DNA of 64,000 nucleotides from an uncultured virus (IMG/VR IMGVR_UViG_3300025647_000017) (IMGVR_UViG_3300025647_000017); one strand, 5' to 3'; numbered from the stretch's first letter, positions 12,938 through 23,718 are shown. Notes: generated by a model from the sequence alone, not told the origin. Program-made: numbers and translations.

Positions 12938-13993
12938 ATGAAATTTACAGTTGTTACAAATGATGCAATCCAGAATACATCAGCAAGTTCTGATAATACC
13001 CCTGATTGGGATAAGATTAATGCTGAGAAACGTGAACGTGAGTTGGCTGCAATTGCATTAATGGAGACTGCTGATGAAGCACAGTCGCTTAGTGGTGTGA
13101 TCTCAGGTTACATTGATCTTGGAATTCAGGAACGTGGTGAGTATGAAGAGGAATACAATGCTGCAGACCCTAAGCATATTGATAAGTTAACTAAAGGTAG
13201 TTTTGTAGAAGACCGTTACAATGGTAAGCTTAAAAAGAAAGTACCTACTATCTGTACTCCAGCTAAACCAGCTAAAGCTTTTGTTTTGTCAGTAGACTTC
13301 CCTGACTATATGCAGGACTTTGGTGGTGAAATTGGGTTACGTCCATACCGTATGTACATGGGTGGTCAATTCTTTGTTAAGAACCCAGACTCTGCTGAAG
13401 GTAAGAAGATGCCTATCATTCAGAATCAAATGTATATGGTCGAGAATACTAATAATACTGCTGAGAAGTGGGCATTACCAGTAAACTCTATTGCAGCTAA
13501 GATGTGTGTTGCAGCAGGTTTAGCTGATGAACATGGTTTAGTTCAGAAGGAGAAGATTACTGAACTTCTAGGTAAGGCTTTACAATTTGAAGTTAGAGTG
13601 TGGGATAAGCCAGCTAAACAAGGGGATAACACATACTTTACTGAGAGTATTAAGTTTGTTGGTAAACTCCCTAAAGGTATGCCAGTTCCAGTGTTAGACG
13701 AAAAGTATATTTTTGGTGTTAATATGACTACTGCAAACAACCCTGACATGGTTAAGCAAGTACGAGCTATTGCTAAGAATACTATGAAACTAGCTACTAA
13801 CTTTAAAGATAGTGTACTTGAGAAAGAGTTACAGGAAGCTAAGGCTAGTTATAGCGTTAAACCTCCTGTATCAACCTCAGACAAGAGTTCTACGCCAACT
13901 AGTACCAATGTAACACCAACTAAAGTTACTCCTCCTAAGACGGTTACAGAGCCTAATTTAGAGCATGAATTTGATGATCAAATACCGTTCTAG
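12938..13993 (+). CDS. Probable ssDNA-binding or annealing protein
   Basis: Low-complexity Thr/Pro/Lys linker and an acidic C-terminal tail ending DDQIPF, typical of SSB-type proteins. Confidence 0.6.
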   Translation: MKFTVVTNDAIQNTSASSDNTPDWDKINAEKRERELAAIALMETADEAQSLSGVISGYIDLGIQERGEYEEEYNAADPKHIDKLTKGSFVEDRYNGKLKKKVPTICTPAKPAKAFVLSVDFPDYMQDFGGEIGLRPYRMYMGGQFFVKNPDSAEGKKMPIIQNQMYMVENTNNTAEKWALPVNSIAAKMCVAAGLADEHGLVQKEKITELLGKALQFEVRVWDKPAKQGDNTYFTESIKFVGKLPKGMPVPVLDEKYIFGVNMTTANNPDMVKQVRAIAKNTMKLATNFKDSVLEKELQEAKASYSVKPPVSTSDKSSTPTSTNVTPTKVTPPKTVTEPNLEHEFDDQIPF

Positions 13994-14141
13994 GTAAGTA
14001 GTTAATTTGTGAGGAGTTTTAGTTATATCTAAAGGAACACTGGCTAGATGTAGAATGGCTTTGTACTACGTGTCACGCTAAGAAGCCCATACAGTTAATA
14101 GCTAATAATATGGAAACAAAAGAACCCCTCTATATAATATG

Positions 14142-14175
14142 AAAAACCCACAACATTCCTGTTGTGGGTTTTTTG
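14142..14175. terminator. Bidirectional intrinsic terminator between convergent operons
   Basis: AAAAACCCCACAAC-ATTCCT-GTTGTGGGTTTTTT inverted repeat with A/T tails. Confidence 0.8.
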
Positions 14176-14232
14176 TCAATATAGTTAGTTGTAGGTACTA
14201 TTATGTGTTATTTCATTCCCAGTTAGATGGGA

Positions 14233-16698
14233 TTAATAGTAAAATATCTCGTCAAAGTAAGCAGCAGCACTGGCACCTGTAACTTTTGCGGTAGATATAA
14301 GCGCTAAGTATCTTGGACTTCCAGATGGAACAGATACCGTGACTAGTCCGCCAGTTCCAGATACAAAACTAGACGCTACCCTGCCATCCGTGGGTGATGT
14401 GGGGGTAGCCTTGTCGTATATTGCTAGGCCTGTCTCAAAATTTGCCGAAGATACTGACACAGGAAGCATTACCCTAGCGCTAACTGTGGTAACTCCTGCA
14501 GGTATTGGAAGGTTTATAATATAAGCTCTAGAAAATACATCCCCAAAACTTGTAGCCCCGTGAGCAATAAGACTTGTTAAGTCTGTTGTTCCAGATCCGC
14601 TACCAACCAATATACTAGCTGTTGCCCCAGTTCTTGCAGCAAGCTTGAAGCCACCGTCCCATACGCCTTTATCTGGAGTTTGTTTATATATTGGGGTGTT
14701 AGTGTCTTTAATTAAATGGATGCCGCTAAACGATATTGAAACGTTTGTTTTACTGTTTAAAATGATATGCAAATAATATGTCCCATTAATCCCAGAAACA
14801 TCAACTACGAAATCACCCGCTTTGTTTGTTGCAGAATAAAATTTTCTACCAGCAACGGGATTTGCCTCGTTTACAGTCTCAGTATCATATAAAGCAATTG
14901 CCACATCTGTACCATCAAATGATAATAACGATAATATGATCTTGTTTACATCCGCAAATGCAATAGTTTGTGTAGTTCTGTAGCTACTACGCCTTGTAGT
15001 TACACCATCAGTTCCAGTAACAGATACTAATGATGTTACTTGAGACATCGATACAGTTCCTTGATTAAATCCTTGGATAAATCCTGTTGGCAATCTTGGG
15101 TTTATGTTTCCCGAACTCAATATGGAGGTAAAAAGTCCTGATGCAGTATCTGGTGACAATAAGCTATCACCTGTTCTAGGGTCAATCACATTACCAGCGG
15201 AGCTATAAGCCGTATCAGGAGTACCAACTAGATAATTTATCTGTGCTGATATTCTTGCGCCAGTATAGTAAAACGCAGTAATTACACCATTTGATGATTT
15301 CTTTGCTCCAACATATCCGCTATCGCCTGTACTTGTTCCCATCTCAGTATACGCAGCAAGTTTTCCGATCCTAACCTGCTTGCTAAAATTATCAGTATAT
15401 GCGTCATCAAATGATGCTGTACTTTGTAATAGGCTAGAAAAGTTATCAGCCTCAGTAAACCGACTATGATGAATAAATTCTATTTGCTTGCTTTCATAGT
15501 TTGGTATCATCTCACCATTAGACAAAGTGAAATTAGTAATAGATGTGCTGTCAACTGGCTCAGTCCATGTTGCTCCGTTATCTGAACTAGTCATAAATTT
15601 AGCTGGTATTACTTGCGATGTGTTGCCAAAGCGAACAGCAGCACGAGCCATACAAACTAGTTTATTATCCCCGATATCGCACCATGCTGGCTCTGTAACA
15701 TCGGTTTGCGTTCCAGCTATTGACGATTGAGACCATGTAGCTCCGTTATCATCAGAATAGAATATTCTTGATAAAAATGTTCCATATTCAACGGCAAACG
15801 TACAAATACGACCGCTTAGCGTCAACAAAAACCCTGATACATCGCCGTTATATGCTATGACATTAGAGCCTCCTGATTGCATTAGCGTGGGTGTAAACGT
15901 CACGCCGTGGTCTGTTGAGCGATATATGTATGTTGCGTCACTATCTCCAGTTGACCATGGGAATCTAGCAACTAAAGCAACATAATCACCGTTTGCTGCA
16001 ATCCCCGCAGCTTGGCATTTATAGCTAAAGTTTCCACTATCACTAGCTACCACCTTAACCGCTGTAAAAGCGTCAGAGTTCGTCTTCTTTTTGCGCATCA
16101 TCACGCTATTAGTGTTGATACTGTGACCAGCATTAGTATTATAAAATACGACAAGATTATCTTCTGATTCATCATAAGCTACAGTTGCGTGGGTCCACGA
16201 TGCAAACGGGTCACCAGCACCATCTGTACTATCGAAAGCCTTTCCCATTTGAGTATAAAAATAATTATCTGTGATTGTCTTGTTTTCCAAAGCTGTCAAA
16301 TCTGCATCAACAGTTGATGCTCCTCTACCAATGTCATTAGCATTATGGGCTGACCCGTCGGCTGGGTTTCTTCCTGATAGGTCTGGGTGTGAGTTTAATT
16401 GAATTTTATAAACAAATCCCAAATCAGGAATAGCGCCAATAGTGTATGGGAGGGACGTCCCTCCCAGAGGTATATAAGCTTCCCCATTGTAAATCATGTA
16501 TCCATTGTAAGATGTGAATGTTTTACCTGAAGCCCAGAAACCATCACCTATTTTTTCATAGTCTGTATATTTATCTAGTGTGAACGCCAACTCAGCAGCT
16601 TTAATTTTCTTATCTTCCCCTCCTTGGCGTATCAATAGTAGATCCCCGTCACCTATATCACCAGCTACTGTTAGGTCGCTTAATTGTTTCACTGCCAT
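14233..16698 (-). CDS. Tail spike or receptor-binding protein with sialidase-like Asp-box beta-propeller
   Basis: Three Asp boxes (YRSTDHGVTF, YSDDNGATWS, TSSDNGATWT); N-terminal tail-anchor-like segment; last gene of the tail operon. Confidence 0.75.
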   Translation of the reverse strand: MAVKQLSDLTVAGDIGDGDLLLIRQGGEDKKIKAAELAFTLDKYTDYEKIGDGFWASGKTFTSYNGYMIYNGEAYIPLGGTSLPYTIGAIPDLGFVYKIQLNSHPDLSGRNPADGSAHNANDIGRGASTVDADLTALENKTITDNYFYTQMGKAFDSTDGAGDPFASWTHATVAYDESEDNLVVFYNTNAGHSINTNSVMMRKKKTNSDAFTAVKVVASDSGNFSYKCQAAGIAANGDYVALVARFPWSTGDSDATYIYRSTDHGVTFTPTLMQSGGSNVIAYNGDVSGFLLTLSGRICTFAVEYGTFLSRIFYSDDNGATWSQSSIAGTQTDVTEPAWCDIGDNKLVCMARAAVRFGNTSQVIPAKFMTSSDNGATWTEPVDSTSITNFTLSNGEMIPNYESKQIEFIHHSRFTEADNFSSLLQSTASFDDAYTDNFSKQVRIGKLAAYTEMGTSTGDSGYVGAKKSSNGVITAFYYTGARISAQINYLVGTPDTAYSSAGNVIDPRTGDSLLSPDTASGLFTSILSSGNINPRLPTGFIQGFNQGTVSMSQVTSLVSVTGTDGVTTRRSSYRTTQTIAFADVNKIILSLLSFDGTDVAIALYDTETVNEANPVAGRKFYSATNKAGDFVVDVSGINGTYYLHIILNSKTNVSISFSGIHLIKDTNTPIYKQTPDKGVWDGGFKLAARTGATASILVGSGSGTTDLTSLIAHGATSFGDVFSRAYIINLPIPAGVTTVSARVMLPVSVSSANFETGLAIYDKATPTSPTDGRVASSFVSGTGGLVTVSVPSGSPRYLALISTAKVTGASAAAYFDEIFYY

Positions 16699-16716
16699 CT
16701 TATCTAATTCCTTCTT

Positions 16717-17190
16717 CTAAAATTGTTTTTCTATTATAAAAAATAATAAAGTGGTTAACCCTAGTAAATTCTCTCTAGTGTTGTGTCTGTTATGTTTAGT
16801 AGAGATATATGCACATAAACTTATTGCAACTATAGTTAATTCTCTATAAAAGTAGTTACTGTACCCTAACAATGAATATCCAAGTAAATTAATGTCATAC
16901 GCTAACGTGTTTAATATTATACTTAGGTCAATCAACCATATACCTATCATCAATACAAAGAACACAACCTTACCTGATAACTTCTGGCATAGTGTTATAC
17001 ATGATAGGTAGCATACTGTGTGTATTAGTAAGAGAGATAACCTAGCTGCATCTAATGACTCTAGGTATGTTGTGATTAATAGTGTCATTAAATATGAATA
17101 CAATACCACCCTAGATATCTTACGAGTAACTTCACAATAACTACCTTCAGCATATAATATTAATACTAATGGAAATAATAATGGGTTCAT
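16717..17190 (-). CDS. Multi-pass membrane protein (lysis region)
   Basis: Several hydrophobic segments. Confidence 0.55.
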   Translation of the reverse strand: MNPLLFPLVLILYAEGSYCEVTRKISRVVLYSYLMTLLITTYLESLDAARLSLLLIHTVCYLSCITLCQKLSGKVVFFVLMIGIWLIDLSIILNTLAYDINLLGYSLLGYSNYFYRELTIVAISLCAYISTKHNRHNTRENLLGLTTLLFFIIEKQF

Positions 17191-17205
17191 TACTCGTAAT
17201 TCCAG

Positions 17206-17478
17206 TTATTTTTTACTGTCTAGTATATACTTGTGTAATAGGTCTTCTAATCTTTTAATTGAATCATCTACTCTTTTAAGTGACAACTCTTGATTCTCAG
17301 ACCTCTCAACTAACACATCAATTTTTGCATTAGTTTTAGAATCATTTTTATGTAATTCTTCTACACGTTGTTCTGTTTGTTCGAACCGTTTATCTACCAT
17401 AGACCACCCCTTAATTATAATTGGTATGAAAGCTGCCCATAGGTATTTAATCAAGGCTAATACGTCTATATTGCCCAT
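17206..17478 (-). CDS. Holin or antiholin-like TM plus coiled-coil protein
   Basis: N-terminal TM (LALIKYLWAAFIPIII) followed by a coiled coil; probable start at MGNID. Confidence 0.5.
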   Translation of the reverse strand: MGNIDVLALIKYLWAAFIPIIIKGWSMVDKRFEQTEQRVEELHKNDSKTNAKIDVLVERSENQELSLKRVDDSIKRLEDLLHKYILDSKK

Positions 17479-17497
17479 ATTAAGGTAGTCCTTATTA

Positions 17498-17683
17498 TTA
17501 TTTTGTTTTACATAATTTTTCATAAGTTTCATCATTCATTAGTATATTCCTTGCCAACTTATTACTAATAACAACCTTATCATTATCTGTTGGTTCCATA
17601 GGAATAGCAATTAAACAGTAATCACTTACCACGCTTGAGCAGCCTGTCCCTAACATCATTATCACTAAGAGAATTGATGTCAT
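17498..17683 (-). CDS. o-spanin (Rz1-like lipoprotein)
   Basis: Signal peptide with lipobox MLGTGC; overlaps the 3' end of the i-spanin. Confidence 0.75.
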   Translation of the reverse strand: MTSILLVIMMLGTGCSSVVSDYCLIAIPMEPTDNDKVVISNKLARNILMNDETYEKLCKTK

Positions 17684-17828
17684 CTGATATTTCTTTAGCA
17701 ACTTGGACATTATCTAGTACCTTCTGTTGTACCTCATTATTAGCAGAATCCTTTCCGCTAGTACTACCTTTAAAGAAGGCATAAATAATAGCTACGATAC
17801 CAAGTCCCATAGCTATTAAATATTCCAT
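17622..17828 (-). CDS. i-spanin (Rz-like)
   Basis: N-terminal TM followed by a coiled coil; overlapped by the lipoprotein ORF. Confidence 0.7.
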   Translation of the reverse strand: MEYLIAMGLGIVAIIYAFFKGSTSGKDSANNEVQQKVLDNVQVAKEISDDINSLSDNDVRDRLLKRGK

Positions 17829-18037
17829 TACTTTTTAGTATTCCACACAGAAGCTTTATCTAAGATAGATGAAATAACACCCAAGTATTGCTTAGCTTTA
17901 GCTACAAACTCATCATCTTTAGTTGTAGGAGTAATCTTTGCAAAAGTATCTAATGCCGCTACTACTGCAGTTGCAAATACCACTAATGCACCAAAGTACA
18001 TTAGACCATCTTGAAAATATTGAATATATAATTCCAT
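17828..18037 (-). CDS. Holin-like membrane protein
   Basis: TM helix followed by the TPTTKDD motif common in small phage holins. Confidence 0.6.
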   Translation of the reverse strand: MELYIQYFQDGLMYFGALVVFATAVVAALDTFAKITPTTKDDEFVAKAKQYLGVISSILDKASVWNTKK

Positions 18038-18062
18038 TTTATTTACCTTTTAAGTTATTAAT

Positions 18063-18887
18063 TTATGCTGTTCTTAACCAACGGTTATAAACTACGTAAG
18101 TTTGTGTGATATTGAATGGATCTCCAGTTCCAGTAGAGTTGTTGGTGGCTAAAGTGAACTGAGATGCTTCTGCAGTCCCAGCCCCACTTGCCATTTTATT
18201 ACTTTCAGTCCCTGATTCATCGTACATATCCCAGTTTGTTGCATGTTGATGAGGTACTAGTTCAGATTGAAGCATAACGTGCTTGTATTCACCACCAGAG
18301 CTTCCAGAAGGAAAGTTTATAGTCTCCCCTCTGCTATCTGTTCCACTACCAGCACCGATAGATACTCTACCTTGTCCATCTGCTACCCACGTACCTCTAC
18401 CTAAATATACACTAGGGTTTCCAGAGTTAGTTTTATTCTCGTATATAGTCCCTACAGGGTATACCTTATCGAAGAAGGTATTAAATAAGGTGTCTGTATT
18501 AAGTCCTAAATTATCTCTTGCTGCTGAAGCACTAGGGATGTCTGATAGATTAAGACTACGTTGGTATACGTCTAAATTAGTTCTTGCAGTAGCTTTACTG
18601 GGTAAGTCAGCTAAGTTAGCAGCTTTAGCTAAAGCACCTAAGTTTGTCAGGGCAGTTGCAGTATTGGTGACATCTGATAGGTTTAAGTCAGGTGTCAATG
18701 TCTCATTTTTTAATGCATCAGTTAATAACTGTAATAGTTTATTTAAATGTTGTGCATTTACTGGATTTAATCTTAACCACCCATTGTTCCAAAGGTCATC
18801 TGATATACTAAGCGTGTTTGGTGTGTTTAGTATAGGGTCAATCACTACTGTATTAGCCCATACCTTTAAATCATCTTTAGCTGCCAT
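18063..18887 (-). CDS. Baseplate or tail-fibre proximal protein
   Basis: NLSD..A..NL repeats, YPVGTIY and GRVSIGAG collar-type motifs. Confidence 0.75.
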   Translation of the reverse strand: MAAKDDLKVWANTVVIDPILNTPNTLSISDDLWNNGWLRLNPVNAQHLNKLLQLLTDALKNETLTPDLNLSDVTNTATALTNLGALAKAANLADLPSKATARTNLDVYQRSLNLSDIPSASAARDNLGLNTDTLFNTFFDKVYPVGTIYENKTNSGNPSVYLGRGTWVADGQGRVSIGAGSGTDSRGETINFPSGSSGGEYKHVMLQSELVPHQHATNWDMYDESGTESNKMASGAGTAEASQFTLATNNSTGTGDPFNITQTYVVYNRWLRTA

Positions 18888-18901
18888 GTTATATGACCTC
18901 C

Positions 18902-19597
18902 TTAGTTTATAATAACTTGTGCAAGAAGTCCTTCAGACTCTGTTACAGAAGTTCCTGTTGATGTTGTAAGGGCTAGTTCATCTCCGTCGAATAAAGTTAG
19001 CGGTGTTAGTTCTCCACCAGAGAATATTACAAATTCATCTACTCCTGCCCAATCAAGGTAGGCATATTGAGTATTAGTCTCATCCCCTGCTTCATTTATC
19101 CAAGAAGGTACAAACCTGTCTCCGTTAATATTATTAACGGTAGTTACACTAACACCTGCTGGTTTTATATTATCTATAAGATTATATAATCCTGTAGTAT
19201 CTACGCCTTCATCTATCTGAATCACATTGAATAAAGAAGCTGGAAAATAGTCTATTATTCTTGAGTTAGTTGAGCCAGTTTGCTGCTTTGTAATATCAAT
19301 AATAATGTTTGGAGTACCATCACTATTATTTGATGCCACTTTAAGTAAGAGAGCTAACCTGTACTGTGCATCAGTTCTAGATTTTCTTGCTTCACCTACT
19401 ATCTTCCCGATGTAATCTAACCACACACCTATTGCTGTATTTATATTCTTCTGGTCTGCTATAGATAATGTAGCTAATTCTATTTCCTGTACTTGTTCTA
19501 GGAATAGTTGTATTAGTTTATTAAAGTTATCTTTATCTAAGAAGTCTATATTCCTAGCAAACCCTTGTTCAATTTGATCTATTAACTTAGGTAACAT
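18902..19597 (-). CDS. Baseplate wedge protein (DUF2612-like)
   Basis: AIGVWLDYIGKIVG..R..D..YR and KPAGV motifs; follows baseplate J. Confidence 0.75.
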   Translation of the reverse strand: MLPKLIDQIEQGFARNIDFLDKDNFNKLIQLFLEQVQEIELATLSIADQKNINTAIGVWLDYIGKIVGEARKSRTDAQYRLALLLKVASNNSDGTPNIIIDITKQQTGSTNSRIIDYFPASLFNVIQIDEGVDTTGLYNLIDNIKPAGVSVTTVNNINGDRFVPSWINEAGDETNTQYAYLDWAGVDEFVIFSGGELTPLTLFDGDELALTTSTGTSVTESEGLLAQVIIN

Positions 19598-19607
19598 ATA
19601 ATCTCCA

Positions 19608-21050
19608 TTATGTTAATAGTGGAACTCTGTCTACAGAAAATATTAGATTAGTTACATTGTTGACAGGTATTCTTGCAGTAGAATAAAAAGGGGTGTCAGT
19701 TGGTAAGTCCGTAATGGCTACTTCAATCTTTGAAATATAGACACCAGTTACTTTAGAGTATATATTGCCATAAAATTTAGTTGGTTCTAAGTCCTCTCCT
19801 CTGTAGAAACCATCACCTGTCTCAACTACAGCCTCTCTTATTTGGTCTGGACCATCAGGTAGGAATTCTTCTTCGGAGTTTATTACGTATGTTATTCTTA
19901 CCCATGCGTACTTGTTATCAAACCTAGAGAACTTAACTAGTTGGGCATCACCATTATGGTCTACAATTACTACTGATGTATCACCCCAAGTCTCAATCCC
20001 TGCTGGTTTAGTTTCCCAGATAACATTTGCAATTGAACTATCTAACCCACCTGCAACATATGTCTCATAACTCTTAGGAGGACGACCATCAGCGTCATTT
20101 GCAAAGGTAGTATTCTCTATCACATACGCAAACGAAACTCCTGTAACGTCACTTATAGACGCTTCTATTGAAGGTTTGGTTGCTGTACCAGTAGATTGTT
20201 CTCTTGCTTCCATTCTCACACGTAGTTCTGCGTCAGACTCCTCATTCCTACCAATGTTAAAATCATTTTCATTAGTTACTGTTGATATACCAATAACTGG
20301 AGATCCTAATAATGTTAATGTATCGGCGTAGAAATCAATTGCACCTGCGGTACCTGCTGTAGCCTCTACTAAGGAAGATACCGATACTAAGTTAATATTT
20401 CCACTATTAGAGGTAAGTAAGTTATTGTTAGAAGTGTTTGAGGATACTACAATATTACCACCAATATAAACTGCAGAGTATAATTCCCCCCCACCTAATG
20501 TAATTGCATCAGCCAAATCTTTAGACACAGAGTTTACTGAATTTCCAGATATTGCAGTTACACTATATAAGTCTCCATTAACTGTTATAGTGTACACACC
20601 ACCAACTAACACGATTGGAATAATTAATCTAGTTTGGTTACAAGATAATCTACTTAATGTAAGCACATTATTTGTCAGTACAATTTCTTTATTTGCGGTA
20701 GATTTAACTGGAGTAAATGCTGGAACTACTGTATTGTTTGTGCCAGTGAATAACAGTATGCCATTACTACTACTTGCTAATAAACGAGTCAACCCAATCA
20801 ACGCTGCTAGATCTGATAAATATTTACCTTCAGCTTTATCTCGGTTACCTTGGTCAGCAACAGAAGCTGATAAATCCCACTGGTCTTTTAATGCAGCACC
20901 AAATAAGCCAGCTAATACACCAAAAACAGAGTCTGGTGTTGTTGGGAATTGTTCTCCGAAGTATTCTGGTGTCTTAGCTCCAGTTGCCAACTCTTCTACT
21001 ATATCTGTGTATTGTTTATTTTCAAAACCTTGTGATGTTACACCACTCAT
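19608..21050 (-). CDS. Baseplate J-like protein
   Basis: AEGKYLSDLA and GRNEESDAELRVR motifs. Confidence 0.85.
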   Translation of the reverse strand: MSGVTSQGFENKQYTDIVEELATGAKTPEYFGEQFPTTPDSVFGVLAGLFGAALKDQWDLSASVADQGNRDKAEGKYLSDLAALIGLTRLLASSSNGILLFTGTNNTVVPAFTPVKSTANKEIVLTNNVLTLSRLSCNQTRLIIPIVLVGGVYTITVNGDLYSVTAISGNSVNSVSKDLADAITLGGGELYSAVYIGGNIVVSSNTSNNNLLTSNSGNINLVSVSSLVEATAGTAGAIDFYADTLTLLGSPVIGISTVTNENDFNIGRNEESDAELRVRMEAREQSTGTATKPSIEASISDVTGVSFAYVIENTTFANDADGRPPKSYETYVAGGLDSSIANVIWETKPAGIETWGDTSVVIVDHNGDAQLVKFSRFDNKYAWVRITYVINSEEEFLPDGPDQIREAVVETGDGFYRGEDLEPTKFYGNIYSKVTGVYISKIEVAITDLPTDTPFYSTARIPVNNVTNLIFSVDRVPLLT

Positions 21051-21062
21051 TTTATTATTCCT

Positions 21063-21473
21063 CTAGATATTTAATGTTATAGAGGGAAAGGTTATTTCTA
21101 CACCATTAGCAATTGCTGAAAATGTGTATGTAAACACTCTAGAACTTTCATTGAATTTATAACTTGATTTTAAACTTGTGATGAAAGGTAACTCTACAAT
21201 ATATTTATCTAAGGCGGAACTAACAAACTGTCCAGCATTAGGAGATTTATCACCTAAGAAATACCTCAAGTTACTCTCTAAACTTTCCTTTTGATTATAA
21301 ATATAAGGGAGTCCTTTTGTAATGTCTGCAAACCATTCAGTTAAATTTAAACTAAGTGCTTGAGCTAACCTTTGTTCTGCTTCTGTTCTGTAGTCTGGTG
21401 TAAGTTGTAACCCGTCTGCATTATCAACTCCGAAGTCTAAGTCACCAGTTAGTGTGCTTAATAAGAAATCCAT
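21063..21473 (-). CDS. Baseplate wedge or sheath initiator (gp25/gp46-like)
   Basis: EWF.D...GLPY motif; position between spike and J. Confidence 0.7.
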   Translation of the reverse strand: MDFLLSTLTGDLDFGVDNADGLQLTPDYRTEAEQRLAQALSLNLTEWFADITKGLPYIYNQKESLESNLRYFLGDKSPNAGQFVSSALDKYIVELPFITSLKSSYKFNESSRVFTYTFSAIANGVEITFPSITLNI

Positions 21474-21488
21474 ATTATTCTATTATCC

Positions 21489-22217
21489 TTATGATAATGG
21501 AGGTACTGTGTTACTATGGTTATGTTGATAGACTTCTGCTCCACCTACAGTTAAGCTATTTCCAGTTATTGTAGCAGTACCCGAAACTTCAATATTTCCA
21601 CCTACTTTTAAATCACCTGTAGTCTCTACTAGAGGCGTATCTAAAGTAGCCTTAGCACACTTACCTATAATCTGTCCTGTAGTCTCTATGGATACGTCAG
21701 AGGTTGTGACAACACTTATATTACCGTCTGGTTTAATAGTGATAGTGGTATTTTTATGTCTGGTGATAAAGTCTGTCTTACTGGGGGATTGGTTATTACT
21801 ACGAGTACCAAAGCCATGTTCAACCCAACAGTCTCTAATATCTGCCACCATATTGATAGGTTCATCTACTGCTACACCAGAATTATCTAAAAAGGTATTT
21901 AGGTTTCTATGCGCCCAGTGTAAGGTAACTAGATCACCAACTTCTATTGGGCGGCACTGAGAGAATCCACCACCTGCTGGTAATTTTACAAATATCTTTC
22001 GTATAAGTACAGATTGTATTATTGCTTCATCTTCATATACATCGTTTATAACACCCCTCACGTCCACACACTGAGTTGTTTCGTAATCATCTACACCTAC
22101 TACTGTTGCAGGAAGTGCTATGTACAAATCTTCTCTAGTGAAGTCTGTGAGTGCCTTCTGGATGATTTCTGGAGTACTTTGGGTACCAATATCAATAGGT
22201 CGTCTTTGTGCTACCAT
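21489..22217 (-). CDS. Baseplate central spike (Gp138/gpV-like)
   Basis: OB-fold-like N-terminus, beta-helix repeats, C-terminal HNH (H-x-H) metal tip. Confidence 0.8.
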   Translation of the reverse strand: MVAQRRPIDIGTQSTPEIIQKALTDFTREDLYIALPATVVGVDDYETTQCVDVRGVINDVYEDEAIIQSVLIRKIFVKLPAGGGFSQCRPIEVGDLVTLHWAHRNLNTFLDNSGVAVDEPINMVADIRDCWVEHGFGTRSNNQSPSKTDFITRHKNTTITIKPDGNISVVTTSDVSIETTGQIIGKCAKATLDTPLVETTGDLKVGGNIEVSGTATITGNSLTVGGAEVYQHNHSNTVPPLS

Positions 22218-23221
22218 TACATTGGTTCTCCTCTTACAGTGACATTCCAGTTAGCTCCAGTAAAATCAGCCTCAACTTTTAATGTAGTTACTTTGTAAGT
22301 ACCAGCTAAAGTTTTAGAAGTTTCAGGAAGTATTGTGAAGAACTGACCTAATTCAATTGGTATTAAGAATGTAGTTAATTGAACACCACGTTTAATATTA
22401 GTGTTGTCATAATACTTAGCACCATTCTGGATAATAGGATCTAATGCTAATACTCCATTAACTGGTATTGTGTAAGTATTTCTTCCTATTAATAAATACT
22501 CAGGAGTTCCGTTTACTAATTGAAATGGTTGTAGGTTATATTTTCCATTGAACCTAAAGTAATTAACACCATAACTCTTACATAAACGATCAAACTCTTT
22601 AAGTAAAATACCTTGTATACTTTTACCACCAGTAACTTTTTCTGTTTCCAAGTATTGAATTGCCATCGTACCAATGGTACCTGATGGGAATGTTTTAATC
22701 ATATCAGTAAGAATATCTTTCACTGACATTGATTCATCATACTGTAAACTTACTCTAGTATTTTTATTATCAACAAAACCATCTTTAGCTGTAATAGCAT
22801 AAACTATATCATCACCGTTACGTTTAGGTTGGATGTCATATATGTCACCAGAATAATATAAATCTAATGAGTTATCTGAATCGTACCCTAACCATACTTG
22901 TATCTGACTGTTCTCAGTATGTAATATACCAAGAGTATCTTCATTTAAATTAGCTAATTCTATTGTAGTTTTTTCATTTGCTGCACCACCTCCCACGCCG
23001 CCACGGGTTGAATCCATCTTAAAATAGAATCCACGTTTACTATTTGGTGGTATATTAGAAAGGTTAATTATCTTCCCTGCTGGTACTGTGGTAGCGTCTA
23101 CTTTAAGATTGGGTGCTGGTAAATTTCCAACCACTTCACCTACTACCGTATATGCTTCTGTGTTTCTTTGTGGAACACCTATGATTATTTTCATGCGGCG
23201 TCCGAATGCTGTTTTAGACAT
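22217..23221 (-). CDS. Baseplate hub protein
   Basis: Synteny and LGY...L.Y.GDI motif. Confidence 0.7.
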   Translation of the reverse strand: MSKTAFGRRMKIIIGVPQRNTEAYTVVGEVVGNLPAPNLKVDATTVPAGKIINLSNIPPNSKRGFYFKMDSTRGGVGGGAANEKTTIELANLNEDTLGILHTENSQIQVWLGYDSDNSLDLYYSGDIYDIQPKRNGDDIVYAITAKDGFVDNKNTRVSLQYDESMSVKDILTDMIKTFPSGTIGTMAIQYLETEKVTGGKSIQGILLKEFDRLCKSYGVNYFRFNGKYNLQPFQLVNGTPEYLLIGRNTYTIPVNGVLALDPIIQNGAKYYDNTNIKRGVQLTTFLIPIELGQFFTILPETSKTLAGTYKVTTLKVEADFTGANWNVTVRGEPM

Positions 23222-23261
23222 TAAATTGGAACACCTTTATCTTGAATTGGAACATACCCTA

Positions 23262-23290
23262 ACTATAACATAAATAAAGATATGAATCAA
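23262..23290 (-). promoter_or_regulatory. sigma70-like promoter for the baseplate genes
   Basis: TTGATT-17 nt-TATAGT on the minus strand. Confidence 0.55.
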
Positions 23291-23325
23291 TTAATGTATG
23301 TAGTATACTCTATTTACAGATAAAT

Positions 23326-23350
23326 AAAAGCCAACCCGAAGGTTGGCTAA
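23326..23350 (-). terminator. Intrinsic terminator
   Basis: AGCCAACC-TTCG-GGTTGGCT followed by TTTATTT on the minus strand. Confidence 0.8.
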
Positions 23351-23352
23351 TG

Positions 23353-23718
23353 TCATCTCTTATTGATACCATACTCAATCATTTCTGATTCTGTGAAGTA
23401 GAATAAACCCCAAGCATTACTTTCACCAAAGTTATCTTTAGTTAAGGTGTTTGTGTAATCCCCAGTCCTATTAAGTACCCATATATCACCAGAGAATAAA
23501 CCAGTATTTAACCTACTGTACCTCCAAGTGATATTCTGCGGTTCACTTATTAGTGTTAAACCTAAAAGTATTGGATTGTCATCTGTATCATAAATAGAGA
23601 CATACCAACCATTACGATTATTATAACCAACATGAATACGGTAGTTTATACTTTCAATCTGGTAATCCCTCACTTCAATAACAAGAGGATCACCAGTACA
23701 GTTGAATTCAATAGCCAT
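23353..23718 (-). CDS. Baseplate component
   Basis: YN.RNGWY.SI.D motif; synteny. Confidence 0.6.
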   Translation of the reverse strand: MAIEFNCTGDPLVIEVRDYQIESINYRIHVGYNNRNGWYVSIYDTDDNPILLGLTLISEPQNITWRYSRLNTGLFSGDIWVLNRTGDYTNTLTKDNFGESNAWGLFYFTESEMIEYGINKR

